A stretch of 64,000 nucleotides of DNA from Chthoniobacteraceae bacterium (GTDB lineage: Bacteria > Verrucomicrobiota > Verrucomicrobiia > Chthoniobacterales > Chthoniobacteraceae), in assembly GCA_037190965.1 (NCBI GenBank), contig JBBCKI010000002.1, positions 64,001 to 128,000 of the forward strand, given 5' to 3'. Position numbers and translations under genes: made by a program. The notes under the pieces were generated by a model. It did not search any database and was not told where the DNA came from. It saw nothing but the letters and a program-made list of their open reading frames with translations. Shown one piece after another: positions 50,950 through 60,801 of this stretch (the first letter of the stretch is position 1; each line of letters opens with the position of its first letter).

Positions 50950-53295
50950 TCAATTTCGACCCGCCCCGCGAGACATGATGTCCACGATGGCCGCATCCAG
51001 GATGCTCATTTCCACCGGCTTGGTGAGGTGATGCGAGAACCCGGCACGCAGGCTTTTTTGAATATCGTCTTCCGTGCCGAAACCGCTGAGAGCAATGCTG
51101 GGGAGGCCATGGCCATCGGACCGGAGTGCCACCGGAATATCGAGTCCCGAACCATCGGGAAGACCGATGTCGCTAATGACGAGATCGAAGGGATGATGGC
51201 GAAAGAGCTCGACGGCTTCGGCCACCCCGGAGGCGGTTCGGACCGTATGACCGCGCCGTTCCAGCAGACGCTGTAGGGTCACGCGGGTGTCTTCATGGTC
51301 CTCGACCAATAAAATCCTCACCTGTTTCACTTCATTCGCGCTGCGTATCTCCGGCTTTGTTACGCTCTGATCGGTCAGGCAGAGGTCAAAGAAAAACTCG
51401 GCCCCTCCTCCCGAACTTTCCGCGCGAATTGTACCGCCATGGGCTTCCACCAATCCCCTGACGATGGCCAACCCCAGACCGAGCCCGCCATACCGCCGGG
51501 GAATCGATTGTTTCCCCTGCTCGAAGGCATCGAAGATCCGCTCCAGATTGCCAGGTTCAATACCGACGCCCGTGTCGGCCACCCGGATGTGAATGGGATC
51601 GCAGGATCCCCTCCTCTCCTTGTCCATCGAAGTTTCGAGGGTGATGATCCCCCCCGGCGGCGTAAACTTCATGGCATTGTCGAGAAGGTTCAGAAAAATC
51701 TGACGCAGCCGAATCGGGTCGCCATTAACGATATGCCGGGGAGCGTTAAGGAGCAGCCGGCAGCTAAGCCCCTTGCTGTGCAAGGCACTATCGATCCCCA
51801 AGAGCACCTCCTCAATCAAGACGTGAAGATCAACCGGCCTCAATTCAAGCTTGAGCTTGCCACTGGACGATATACGCGTGAGATCAAGCAGATCATTAAT
51901 GATGGAAGTCTCGTGCTCGATGTTGCGGCGCATCATTTCGATCGTCGCGGGATCGGCAAGGCTCTGACCCTTGCCGATTTCACCCGAAAGGGCGGCGAGA
52001 ACCGGGGTAAGCGGCGTCCGAAGTTCGTGAGAGATGACGGAGATAAATCGATCCTTGGCTTTGCTGGCCGCCTCCAACTCTTCCTGGGTTCTCTTCCAAT
52101 TTGAAATATCCTCCACCACCGAGATGAAGTATTTCGGCTCTCCTGCCGGAGTCCGCAACAAGGCCACCGTCAGATTACCCCAGACAAGGGAGCCATCCTT
52201 CTTCGAATAACGTTTTTCCGTCGTATAGCAGGAGAGTTCGCCGCTCAGCACACGCCGAAAGTAATCAAGATCCATTTCCAGATCTTCCGGGTAGGTGATG
52301 TCTTGAAAGGAAAGTTTGGCGAACTCCTCCCGGCTATATCCGAGAATTGTCGAAAGCCGATTATTGGTCCGCAGGAAGCGGCCGGTAACCGAGACGTGGG
52401 CAATGCCAACGGCGGTTTGTTCAAATGTCGCGCCAAAGTCGGTTTCCCGCATCCGTCTGCGGTGTTCCTCCTTGCGCCGGAGCATCTCCGATTTCGAAAG
52501 ACGCGCTCCAAGAATCACCATTAGCAGGATAAAAACCCCGAGGCTGCAAACCACCAGCAGAGCAACTCCAAACTCCGAGGGATGCCACCCTTTTCGTTGC
52601 AAGAAAAGTTGCGCCCAACCAAGCAATGGGAGCGCGATCACAACAACAAGAAGAAACCGCCGGAGGATTCGCGCGGTGGTGCTCGCGTTGACGAAGACAA
52701 GCATCAGCCCACTTTTAGCCCAAGCGCACAAAATTCCAAAAGCCAGCGTAACGATGATCAAAGCGCTCGACGCCCTCATCGGGCCATCGCCGGGAAAATA
52801 GCCACTCCGGTGATAAACATCGCGGAGCAGCGCGAAGAACCCCAAAGCCAGAGCGAGAGCCGCGAGGTACTCCGCAGGACGGATTCTACGGCGAACCGTC
52901 CAGTTCAATGTAGCGAGAGCCAACCCCAGGAGGACCAAAGAGAGCGCCTCACGTGGAGCAACGCCTGCGGTGCTTTCTGCCAGGGCGGCAATGCCGAAGC
53001 TTCCCCCGACGAGCCGATCGAAAAGAGCCAATCCCCCAATGGCGCAGACAACACCGCCCAGCGCCTTCGCCATTGACTGCACCGGCGGGTTTGCCGCTCT
53101 TCGTGTCCAAAACCAGAGAGAGAGACAACAAAGAAGAAAGGCAGCTGCCGGAAGAAAATGGATCCCGACAGCACCGATTACCCTAGAATCAGGGGTGTTG
53201 AAAAATGAGGCAGCGTAGGCCGCCAAGGTGAAAGCCGCGGCAAAGAACGGTACTTTTCGGGCGCAGGCCTGATAGCGCTCTTTGAGTGGATTCAT
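50950..53295 (-). CDS. Membrane hybrid sensor histidine kinase (TM-PAS-HisKA-HATPase-REC)
   Basis: Multiple TM helices, PAS FQDITYPED, SHELRTPL, NLLDNAMKFT, DTGVG, GLGLGLAI, receiver ILLVED...SDIGLPDG...KPV. Confidence 0.92.
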   Translation of the reverse strand: MNPLKERYQACARKVPFFAAAFTLAAYAASFFNTPDSRVIGAVGIHFLPAAAFLLCCLSLWFWTRRAANPPVQSMAKALGGVVCAIGGLALFDRLVGGSFGIAALAESTAGVAPREALSLVLLGLALATLNWTVRRRIRPAEYLAALALALGFFALLRDVYHRSGYFPGDGPMRASSALIIVTLAFGILCAWAKSGLMLVFVNASTTARILRRFLLVVVIALPLLGWAQLFLQRKGWHPSEFGVALLVVCSLGVFILLMVILGARLSKSEMLRRKEEHRRRMRETDFGATFEQTAVGIAHVSVTGRFLRTNNRLSTILGYSREEFAKLSFQDITYPEDLEMDLDYFRRVLSGELSCYTTEKRYSKKDGSLVWGNLTVALLRTPAGEPKYFISVVEDISNWKRTQEELEAASKAKDRFISVISHELRTPLTPVLAALSGEIGKGQSLADPATIEMMRRNIEHETSIINDLLDLTRISSSGKLKLELRPVDLHVLIEEVLLGIDSALHSKGLSCRLLLNAPRHIVNGDPIRLRQIFLNLLDNAMKFTPPGGIITLETSMDKERRGSCDPIHIRVADTGVGIEPGNLERIFDAFEQGKQSIPRRYGGLGLGLAIVRGLVEAHGGTIRAESSGGGAEFFFDLCLTDQSVTKPEIRSANEVKQVRILLVEDHEDTRVTLQRLLERRGHTVRTASGVAEAVELFRHHPFDLVISDIGLPDGSGLDIPVALRSDGHGLPSIALSGFGTEDDIQKSLRAGFSHHLTKPVEMSILDAAIVDIMSRGAGRN

Positions 53296-53598
53296 TCTCT
53301 AGACGCCGCCTGCATTTCGCAACACCCCCGGACGGCTGCGAATATCACCCTCAGCCTCCAACGTCGGATCTCAACCGTTCCGTTTGCTTTTTGCTCCATT
53401 GACAGCGGCATACACATCGGTTTTCGCCCCATCGGGAGGTAACATCCTTCAAAAAGGAGCGAACGACCAGAGGAAAGTGCATGTCCTCGACGCATCCGCC
53501 CTGGAACGAAAACACTGACGCGCCGTCACCTTAATCAGGCCGAACTAACGAATCTGCCGAGTGGTAAAAGGCGCTTTTCGGCCAAAAATCGGCCTTTT

Positions 53599-53720
53599 CC
53601 TCGTTACCAATCTCCAGATTGGTAACGTCATTGTCCCCGAATCTCTGATTCGAAAGCCTCTTCATCTCGTGGGTGCCGAAACGAACAGGGTTGTGAAACT
53701 GGAGGTTCGAAGACACGAGG
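53599..53720 (+). repeat. REP-like element family B, copy 2 (last palindrome deleted)
   Basis: CCTCGTTACCAATCTCCAGATTGGTAAC...CGAATCTCTGATTCG...GAAACTGGAGGTTCGAAGACACGAGG. Confidence 0.82.
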
Positions 53721-53750
53721 CAAATACGAAACTTTTCTGACTGCAGGACA

Positions 53751-56477
53751 CTACCGGATCAAGTCTTCGAGCGTCTTGTCCGGCTCCGAACCGAGCAAGA
53801 CCGCCTTCTTGTAATGCTTGCGGGCGTTCTCCTTGTCCGGCGGCTGTGCGGTGGCCAGCACGACGGCGAGATTGAAATGCGCATCGGCGTAAGCAGGATC
53901 GATCTGGAGCGCCGTTTCGATCTCCCGTTGCGCGGCTTCCTTCCACCCCTTCTGAGCCGCCGTCACCCCCAGATAATTGTGAGCCGTCGGATTCTTCGGG
54001 TTGATCGCCAACGAACGGGTAAGAGAGGTCACCGCCTCGTCGTACTTGCTCTGCTTGTAATAAACGATTCCCAGTGTGGCGTAGGAAAAAGCGTCCTCCG
54101 GAGCGATCGCGATCACCTTCTTAAAGGTCTCCTCCGCCAACTTCAGCTTTCCGGCACGGTAACGCGCGGCCCCGAGGTTGGAGAGCACGTACACACTGGA
54201 AGGCGCTTTACTGGCAAGCTTTTCGTAGGCGCGCTCAGCTTCCACGTACTGCCCCCGGTCGAATTTCTCCTTGGCCTCGCGTGCCAGCGGCTGGAGGTCA
54301 TCGGGAAGGTTCGGGCGGGTGCCCGTCTCGACCGTGGGGGCGTCGCCGCCCTTGGCCGCCGCCTCACGCAAGGAGTCCCCTCCTTTGCCCACGCCCGCCG
54401 TCTCCGCGCCATCGGCATTGTTGGCGTTCATCTGGGGGGCGGCAATGGAGATCGCCATCGCATTGGTTTCGTTGTCGATGATCTCCATCTGCGGCGTCTT
54501 GAAGAGCGCACTCTCTTTTTCGCTCAACTTGATGACCGGTTGGCCAAGAAGCGCCACCTGCTCGTTCAAAGCCTTGGAGCGGACCTGCAAACGGCCCAAT
54601 TCGGAGACGATCAGCTTGCGGGCCTGCTCCCGCCGCGCCTGGTTCTTGAGTTCCCGGGTCACGATGCCGCGAAGCAGTTCGTTCTCCTCCGTCAGCTTAT
54701 TGACCTCCTCAGGATTCCCACCGGCTTCGGCGGCTGGCTGCGCTTTTGCGAGATCAAGCTGCGCCTGAAGTTCCTTGATCGTGTTGCTGCTCTTGTCGCT
54801 CTCCTGCTGGACGGCGACCAACTGCTCCTGCACGCCGGTCAGCTTTTGCTTGAGATCGGCGATCTCCTTCTCTTTTTCCGGGGCGCTGCTGTTGAATGAG
54901 GCGATCGTCGCCTGGGCTTCGTCGAGCTTTTTGACGAGCTCGCCCTTCTCTTCAAGCAGCTTCTCGAATTCCTCCTTCGCCTTGGCGGCCTTGGCGAGTT
55001 CGCCCAGCGCCTCGTCGCGCTGCTTGGTAGCGGCGTCACGCTCGCCGGTGATGGTTTCGACCTCCTTGCGGCTGGCTTCGAGCCGACCGGTCAGTTCGGT
55101 GCTTTCCGTCCGGGCGGTATCGCGTTCCTGGGTCATCGCGATGAGCTTCTTCTCCGCTTCGGCAAGCTCCTCCGCCTTCTCCTCCACGGTCTTCTGGACG
55201 TCGGCAAGTTTCCCGGTCAACTCGGTGTTCTTATCCTTCTCCGCGTCGCGCTCCTTGGCGAGTTGCTTGCCGGTGCTCTCCAGCGTCTCGATCTGCTGCT
55301 GCGCGGCGGTCAACTGCTCGGTAATCTTCTCGTTTTCGGCAGAAATCGTCTTCGCCCTTTGTTCCGCCTCGGCCAGTTTGCCGGAGAGATCGGGGCGCTT
55401 GGCGAGGTCCGCCATCTTCCTGGCCATGATTTCTCCCTGCTCCTCGGCCACTTCGCGGTCTGCCCGCGCGTCATTGAGAGCTTCCTGAAGCTTGCTGATC
55501 TGCCTCTTCACACGAGCGCTAACTCCCGCCCCGGCGGTACCATCCCCCTCCAGTTCCTTCCGTGCGGCGGCCAACTGGGCGACAAGATCGCCCTCGCTCG
55601 CCTTCGCCTTCTCCAACTGATTCTTGGCGTCGGCGGCGGCGGCCTTGGCCTCCTCCAATTCCGCCCGGAGCTGCCGGGTGGCCTCGTCGGAAGGGGCGCT
55701 GTCGCCGCCAGGGGTTTCTTTTTCCCCAGTCTTCGCCTGTTCCAACTCCGCCTTAAGTTTGACCTCGGTCTCATGCGCGGCGGTTAAAGCCTGCGTGGCG
55801 GACTCCGCCTGCGCTTTGGCCGCCTCGGTCTCTTTCGAAAGTTTATCAACTTCGCCGCTGGCGCGTTTCGCCTGCTCCACGGCTTGCTCCAACTGATCCG
55901 TAATCGTGGCCTTTTCCTTGCGGACCTCTTCAAGCTGCCGCTGGGAGAGATCGAGTTGATGCTTGAGCGCCGCCATCTGAGAGCGAATCTCCTGCGCCGC
56001 GGCCACAAGATCGGTCGGCCCGCCAACGGAACGCCCCGCCTCGGGAGAGGAAAGCGCCGCCGCACCACCAGCATCGCCTGCGCCAGCGGATGGATCGGTA
56101 ATACCGGGCAGCAAATCGGTATTCAACTGATTCGCTGGAGCCGGAACTCCCGACATGGAAGCCGTGGCCGGTTCCTCCAGGGCCATCCATTGTTCAAGCT
56201 TTGCGATGGCGTCCCCGGTCTTCTTCTTACGGTAGGCGACGATCAATGCCTGCCAATCGGGGTGACGATCATGCAGTTGATCGAGAAGGCTTCCCGCGTA
56301 GCGGTACTTGGAGAGCGCCGCCTTGTAATTTCCGTTCCCCTCCAGCTTTTCGGCCTGTTGCACGCTCATATAGGCGTTGAGAAAAATCTCCGAGGGGTCG
56401 GATTGCGCTTGCGCACGGGTCACGGGAGCCCAAGCGACCGCGCAGGCGACAGAAAGGAGGATCAGGGGGTGCCGCAT
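53751..56477 (-). CDS. Secreted long coiled-coil protein with C-terminal TPR repeats (start moved to ATG 56477)
   Basis: Signal peptide MRHPLILL...AQA|Q, E/K/A-rich heptads, TPRs (AHNYLGV, AHFNLAV). The track start at 56576 lies in repeat A. Confidence 0.85.
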   Translation of the reverse strand: MRHPLILLSVACAVAWAPVTRAQAQSDPSEIFLNAYMSVQQAEKLEGNGNYKAALSKYRYAGSLLDQLHDRHPDWQALIVAYRKKKTGDAIAKLEQWMALEEPATASMSGVPAPANQLNTDLLPGITDPSAGAGDAGGAAALSSPEAGRSVGGPTDLVAAAQEIRSQMAALKHQLDLSQRQLEEVRKEKATITDQLEQAVEQAKRASGEVDKLSKETEAAKAQAESATQALTAAHETEVKLKAELEQAKTGEKETPGGDSAPSDEATRQLRAELEEAKAAAADAKNQLEKAKASEGDLVAQLAAARKELEGDGTAGAGVSARVKRQISKLQEALNDARADREVAEEQGEIMARKMADLAKRPDLSGKLAEAEQRAKTISAENEKITEQLTAAQQQIETLESTGKQLAKERDAEKDKNTELTGKLADVQKTVEEKAEELAEAEKKLIAMTQERDTARTESTELTGRLEASRKEVETITGERDAATKQRDEALGELAKAAKAKEEFEKLLEEKGELVKKLDEAQATIASFNSSAPEKEKEIADLKQKLTGVQEQLVAVQQESDKSSNTIKELQAQLDLAKAQPAAEAGGNPEEVNKLTEENELLRGIVTRELKNQARREQARKLIVSELGRLQVRSKALNEQVALLGQPVIKLSEKESALFKTPQMEIIDNETNAMAISIAAPQMNANNADGAETAGVGKGGDSLREAAAKGGDAPTVETGTRPNLPDDLQPLAREAKEKFDRGQYVEAERAYEKLASKAPSSVYVLSNLGAARYRAGKLKLAEETFKKVIAIAPEDAFSYATLGIVYYKQSKYDEAVTSLTRSLAINPKNPTAHNYLGVTAAQKGWKEAAQREIETALQIDPAYADAHFNLAVVLATAQPPDKENARKHYKKAVLLGSEPDKTLEDLIR

Positions 56478-56553
56478 AAAAATAAGAAACGGGACGGTAG
56501 AGGAAAACCTGAGCCGTTGCAACTGCCTGCTTTTCCCCTTGCGGTCAAATGGT

Positions 56554-56708
56554 GGCAGCACCGGTAGCCCGCTCACGCCGCCGAGCGCGGGGTTCGACCA
56601 CCGTGTCTCCTCGAAGTCACATCGTAACAGCCGGCAGCCTGTCCTGCGGGGATGAACGCCAAACGCGACTCCTCACCGATCCCGCGCTCTCGGCGAGAGC
56701 GGGCTACC
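56554..56708 (-). repeat. REPIN-like element family A, copy 6 (inverted)
   Basis: GGCAGCACCGGTAGCCCGCTCACGCCGCCGAGCGCG...CGCTCTCGGCGAGAGCGGGCTACC. Confidence 0.85.
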
Positions 56709-56776
56709 CGGCCTGTCCTCCCCCCTCCCATTCCCTCTTGACGGGTACGGGCATGCCATAGGTTAATCCCGTACGC

Positions 56777-57472
56777 ATGTCGCTGACCATCCATGAGCTT
56801 CCCCCGGAGGAACGCCCCCGGGAAAAACTCGCCGAACGTGGCCCGGAAGCCCTAAGCGACAGCGAATTGATCGCGATCCTCCTGCGCACCGGTCTCCCGG
56901 GGGCCAACGCCGTGGAGATCGCCCGGCAATTGCTGATCCGCTACGGTTCGCTCGGCAACCTGGCCCGGTGCTCCGTGGCGGAGATCGCCGGCATCAAGGG
57001 AATCGGCCCCGCGAAAGCCGTCCAACTCGCCGCCGCGTTCGGTCTCGGCGCGAGACTGGCGCGCGAGACGTTATCGCGAGAGAAGATTGACGAGCCGCAA
57101 TTGGTCTACGATCTCCTGGCTCCGGAGATGCGGCATCTCCACCAGGAATCGCTCCGGGTTCTCCTGCTCGACACCCGCCACCGGCTTATCCGGATCGAGG
57201 AGGTTTCCCTCGGCTCCGTGAACGAAAGCGTCGCCCACCCGCGCGAAATCTTTCGCCCCGCCCTGATCCATTCCGCCTTCGCGGTGATTGTCGCACACAA
57301 TCATCCTTCGGGCGATCCAACCCCGAGCAGTACCGATATTCGCCTCACCCGGCGGTTGAAAGAAGCGGCGGAACTCCTCATGATCCGGCTGCTCGACCAT
57401 GTCATTATTGGAGCCCCGGGAGCCGACAACCGCCACGGGTACACCAGTTTCCGACAACTCGGGCTATTATAA
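56777..57472 (+). CDS. radC: RadC (JAB domain) protein
   Basis: ERPREKL...LSDSELIAILLRTG, GIGPAKA, HPREIF, HNHPSGDPTPS, LLDHVII. Confidence 0.95.
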   Translation: MSLTIHELPPEERPREKLAERGPEALSDSELIAILLRTGLPGANAVEIARQLLIRYGSLGNLARCSVAEIAGIKGIGPAKAVQLAAAFGLGARLARETLSREKIDEPQLVYDLLAPEMRHLHQESLRVLLLDTRHRLIRIEEVSLGSVNESVAHPREIFRPALIHSAFAVIVAHNHPSGDPTPSSTDIRLTRRLKEAAELLMIRLLDHVIIGAPGADNRHGYTSFRQLGLL

Positions 57473-57506
57473 AGAGAGACGTCATCCAAGCCGCCCAGTC
57501 GCTTCC

Positions 57507-58313
57507 ATGAGTTCCATTCACCCCACCGCCCTTGTCCATCCCGACGCCAAGCTCGGCCCCGGCGTTCAGATCGGCCCCTATGCCATCATCGAAGGCCCGG
57601 CACAAATTGGGGCCAACTGCGTGATCCGCGCGCATGCGATCCTTTCGGGGTACGTCAAAATGGGAGCCAACAACACCATCGGCTACGGGGCCGTGATCGG
57701 GGGCGACCCGCAGGACACCTCCTTTAATCCCGCCACGGAGAGCTGGGTGGTGATCGGCGACAACAATCGCCTCGGCGAATACACCACCCTCCACCGGGGG
57801 ACCGGCGCGGGCACGGAAACCCGAGTCGGGAACCACTGCTTCCTGATGGGAGGCGCGCATCTTGCTCACAACGTCTCCCTCGAGGACCGGGTCATCATCG
57901 CCAACAATTCGTTGCTTGGGGGCCACGTCCAGGTGGAGTCCGGCGTTTTCATCGGCGGCGGCTGCGTTTTTCACCAATTCGTCCGCGTGGGGCGCAACGT
58001 CATCGTGCAAGGGCAAAGCGCCTTGAGCAAGGACGTCCCCCCGTTTCTCCTTGCCTGCCGCCGCAACCGGGTGGCCGGGCTCAACAGCGTGGGTCTGAGG
58101 CGAAGCGGTTTCAACGCGGCCCAACGGCAGGAAATCAAGGAGGCTTTCAAGCTCCTTTACAAAAGCGGGTTCAACACGACCCAGGCACTCGCCGCCGCCA
58201 AAGAGCGTTGCTGGGGCCCGGAGGCCGAAATCTTCTTCAGCTTCGTGGCCGCCGCCAAAAAACGGGGCATCTGCGATCTGGCGGATTCCCGCCGTGGCGC
58301 GGAGGAAGAGTGA
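57507..58313 (+). CDS. lpxA: UDP-N-acetylglucosamine O-acyltransferase (start moved to ATG 57507)
   Basis: IHPTALV, hexapeptide repeats, GGDPQD, TLHRGT, AHLAHN, GGHV, FHQF, DVPPF, GLNSVGLRR. Confidence 0.9.
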   Translation: MSSIHPTALVHPDAKLGPGVQIGPYAIIEGPAQIGANCVIRAHAILSGYVKMGANNTIGYGAVIGGDPQDTSFNPATESWVVIGDNNRLGEYTTLHRGTGAGTETRVGNHCFLMGGAHLAHNVSLEDRVIIANNSLLGGHVQVESGVFIGGGCVFHQFVRVGRNVIVQGQSALSKDVPPFLLACRRNRVAGLNSVGLRRSGFNAAQRQEIKEAFKLLYKSGFNTTQALAAAKERCWGPEAEIFFSFVAAAKKRGICDLADSRRGAEEE

Positions 58314-58416
58314 CCGGAAAAAGTAGGCGCAATCCTCAATCGACAACGCGCCATTTGCATCATAGGTTTTTTGTCCGCTTCGTCAGATTAAGTTATCCTT
58401 TTTTATCCCTTTTTCA

Positions 58417-60396
58417 GTGAGCAGCTACCAGGTTTTTGCCCGTAAGTACCGTCCGCAGACCTTCGACTCCGTCGTGGGGCAGGAGCATATTACCCAGACG
58501 CTCAAGAACGCGATCGCGGCCAACCGGTTGGCTCACGCCTATCTTTTTGTCGGCCCGCGCGGCACAGGCAAGACCTCCACGGCGCGCATTCTCGCGAAAG
58601 CGCTCAACTGCGTCCACGGCCCCACGGTGAACCCGTGCGGAGAATGCGATGTCTGCCGCGAGATCGCCGCAGGCAACTCCCTCGACGTGCTGGAGATCGA
58701 CGGCGCGAGCAACAACGGAGTGGAGCAGGTGCGCGAACTGCGGGAGAACGTCCGTTTCGCTCCGACGCGAGGCCAGTACAAGGTCTACATTATCGACGAG
58801 GTGCACATGCTCACCACGGCGGCCTTCAACGCCTTGCTCAAGACGCTTGAGGAACCGCCCGAGCACGTCAAATTCATCTTCGCGACAACCGACGTGCAGA
58901 AAGTGCTGCCGACGATCCTCTCCCGCTGCCAGCGGTTCGATCTCCGGCGCATTCCCGCTGAATTAATCGCGGGACACCTCGGCTATATCGCCCGGGAGGA
59001 ACAGATCGATCTCGACGGCGACGCCGCCCGCACCATCGCCAAAGGCGCGGAAGGCGGATTGCGCGATGCCGAATCGATGCTCGACCAGCTCGTGGCGTTT
59101 TGCGGCGAGAAGATCACCGAAGCGGACGTCCTTTCCGTCTTCGGCTTCACTGCTTCAGAAACCGTCTCTTCGCTTTGCGACGCGTTGCTCGATCAGGACT
59201 CATCGGCGGCGCTGAGCGTCGTCCAGCAGCAGGCCGAAGCGGGGCGCGATTTGAGCCGCCTCATGGCGGACCTGATCGGCCACCTCCGCAATCTTCTCGT
59301 AGCCAAGGCGGATCCGGAGGGGATCAAAGCGGAAGTCGGCGAGGAGGAATTGGCGGTTTTGCAGGATCAGGCGGCTCGGATCGGCCTCGACCGGTTGCTT
59401 GATCTCATCGAACAGTTCGCTTCGGCGGAAGGCCGGATGAAATGGGCTCCCAACAAGAAGCTCCATTTTGAGATCGCCGTCATCAAAGCCATCCAAACGC
59501 TTGGCCAAGCCACGCTGACGGAAGTCATCGACACCCTCACGGCCATCCGTACTGGGGGCGAGCTTCCCCCTGCCCCGGTGAAGCCGCCCAAACGCGAAGC
59601 GCCTCCGCGGCCCACGCCCGCGCCAAAACCGGTGGCCGTCGCAAAACCGACGCCTGCGCCTGCTGCCAAGCCAACACCCGCTTCCGTTCCAGCGCCCGCG
59701 CCGGTGCGCGAGCCAAAGCCGGAGCCAAAGCCGGAACCCACACCTGAACCCAAGGCGGAAATGCCACCGGAGCCCAAAGCTCCCGAGCCGATCCAGCCTG
59801 AACCCAAGCCGCTGCTTCGCGAGGAAGAGGACCTTGCGCCCTGGGATGAACGTCCCGTGCCCCAGCCTCAGTTCACACCGGAGCCGCTCCCCGACTTCGG
59901 CAGCCTGCCATTGGAAGCAGCGACACCGGAACCTGAGCCCGAACCGGAACCCGAGCCCGAGCTCGTGAAAGCTCCCGCAGCCGTCCAATCCACCCCCGCG
60001 CCCGCGGCCTCCGGTGACCTCATGGGGATATGGATCAAGGTTTTGGGAGAAATCCGGGCCAAAAAGCCGCTATTGCGCGTCTGGGTCGAAGCGGGAACGC
60101 TTCTGAGCCTTCAGAACGGCACCGCGCTCATCGCCTTCCCTGAAGACCAGGCGTTTGCGATGGAATCCCTTTCCAACAAGCCCGCCACCCGTAGATTCCT
60201 TGAGGAGACCCTGACCGCGATCATCGGCAGCCCCGTGGATCTGAAATTTGAGAAACGGGCGGGATTGAAGGTCGAAGCGGTGGAACTTCCCGAAGTACCC
60301 GTACAGGCCCCGCCTGACCCGTTGGCCGAATTCAAAAACGACCCGCTGATCCGGCGGGCACTCGAACTCTTTAAAGCGGAAATTCAACAGAGCTGA
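58417..60396 (+). CDS. dnaX: DNA polymerase III subunit gamma/tau
   Basis: ARKYRPQTF, GPRGTGKT, EIDGASN, IIDEVHML, SRCQRF; Pro/Glu-rich linker. Confidence 0.97.
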   Translation: MSSYQVFARKYRPQTFDSVVGQEHITQTLKNAIAANRLAHAYLFVGPRGTGKTSTARILAKALNCVHGPTVNPCGECDVCREIAAGNSLDVLEIDGASNNGVEQVRELRENVRFAPTRGQYKVYIIDEVHMLTTAAFNALLKTLEEPPEHVKFIFATTDVQKVLPTILSRCQRFDLRRIPAELIAGHLGYIAREEQIDLDGDAARTIAKGAEGGLRDAESMLDQLVAFCGEKITEADVLSVFGFTASETVSSLCDALLDQDSSAALSVVQQQAEAGRDLSRLMADLIGHLRNLLVAKADPEGIKAEVGEEELAVLQDQAARIGLDRLLDLIEQFASAEGRMKWAPNKKLHFEIAVIKAIQTLGQATLTEVIDTLTAIRTGGELPPAPVKPPKREAPPRPTPAPKPVAVAKPTPAPAAKPTPASVPAPAPVREPKPEPKPEPTPEPKAEMPPEPKAPEPIQPEPKPLLREEEDLAPWDERPVPQPQFTPEPLPDFGSLPLEAATPEPEPEPEPEPELVKAPAAVQSTPAPAASGDLMGIWIKVLGEIRAKKPLLRVWVEAGTLLSLQNGTALIAFPEDQAFAMESLSNKPATRRFLEETLTAIIGSPVDLKFEKRAGLKVEAVELPEVPVQAPPDPLAEFKNDPLIRRALELFKAEIQQS

Positions 60397-60399
60397 TCT

Positions 60400-60711
60400 A
60401 TGAACATCCAGAAGATGATGAAACAGGCGCAGAAGATGCAGGAGCAACTTGCGCGCACCCAGGAAGAACTCGCCGACAAAACCGTGGAAGTCTCCGCCGG
60501 CGGAGGCAAGGTGACCGTGGTAGCCACCGGCGCCGGGGATGTCGTCTCCATCAAGATCAGCAAGGACATTGTCGATCCTGAAGACGTGGAATTCCTCGAA
60601 GAACTCGTTCTGAGTGGGGTGAAACAAGCCATCGCGAAGGGGAAGGATCTCTCCCAGCAAGAGATGGGCAAACTTACCGCGGGGCTTGGCCTTCCGCCAG
60701 GGCTCCTCTAA
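60400..60711 (+). CDS. ybaB: YbaB/EbfC nucleoid-associated protein
   Basis: MMKQAQKMQ, SAGGGKVTV, VDPEDVEFLEELV; follows dnaX. Confidence 0.95.
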   Translation: MNIQKMMKQAQKMQEQLARTQEELADKTVEVSAGGGKVTVVATGAGDVVSIKISKDIVDPEDVEFLEELVLSGVKQAIAKGKDLSQQEMGKLTAGLGLPPGLL

Positions 60712-60801
60712 TCATCACCCCGGAGGGCACGCGCTTTCCTTGCGGATGCCCGGCGTTGATTCAACCGCCGGGCTCGCAGGTCCGCACCCTCTTCCCCATC
60801 C

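Noticed and set aside
56777..57472. radC as a marker of a mobile element
   Set aside because: It is the full-length chromosomal type with the N-terminal HhH region, among housekeeping genes, with no integrase nearby.
58314..58416. SRP RNA (ffs), often found upstream of dnaX
   Set aside because: The gap is short and AT-rich with no SRP domain IV hairpin.
59570..59965. Short tandem repeats in dnaX (PEPK/PE runs)
   Set aside because: An ordinary Pro-rich linker of the tau subunit; degenerate at DNA level.
60055..60075. Programmed -1 frameshift site in dnaX
   Set aside because: Only CAAAAAG is present, not the A-AAA-AAG heptamer, and I saw no clear stimulatory hairpin.
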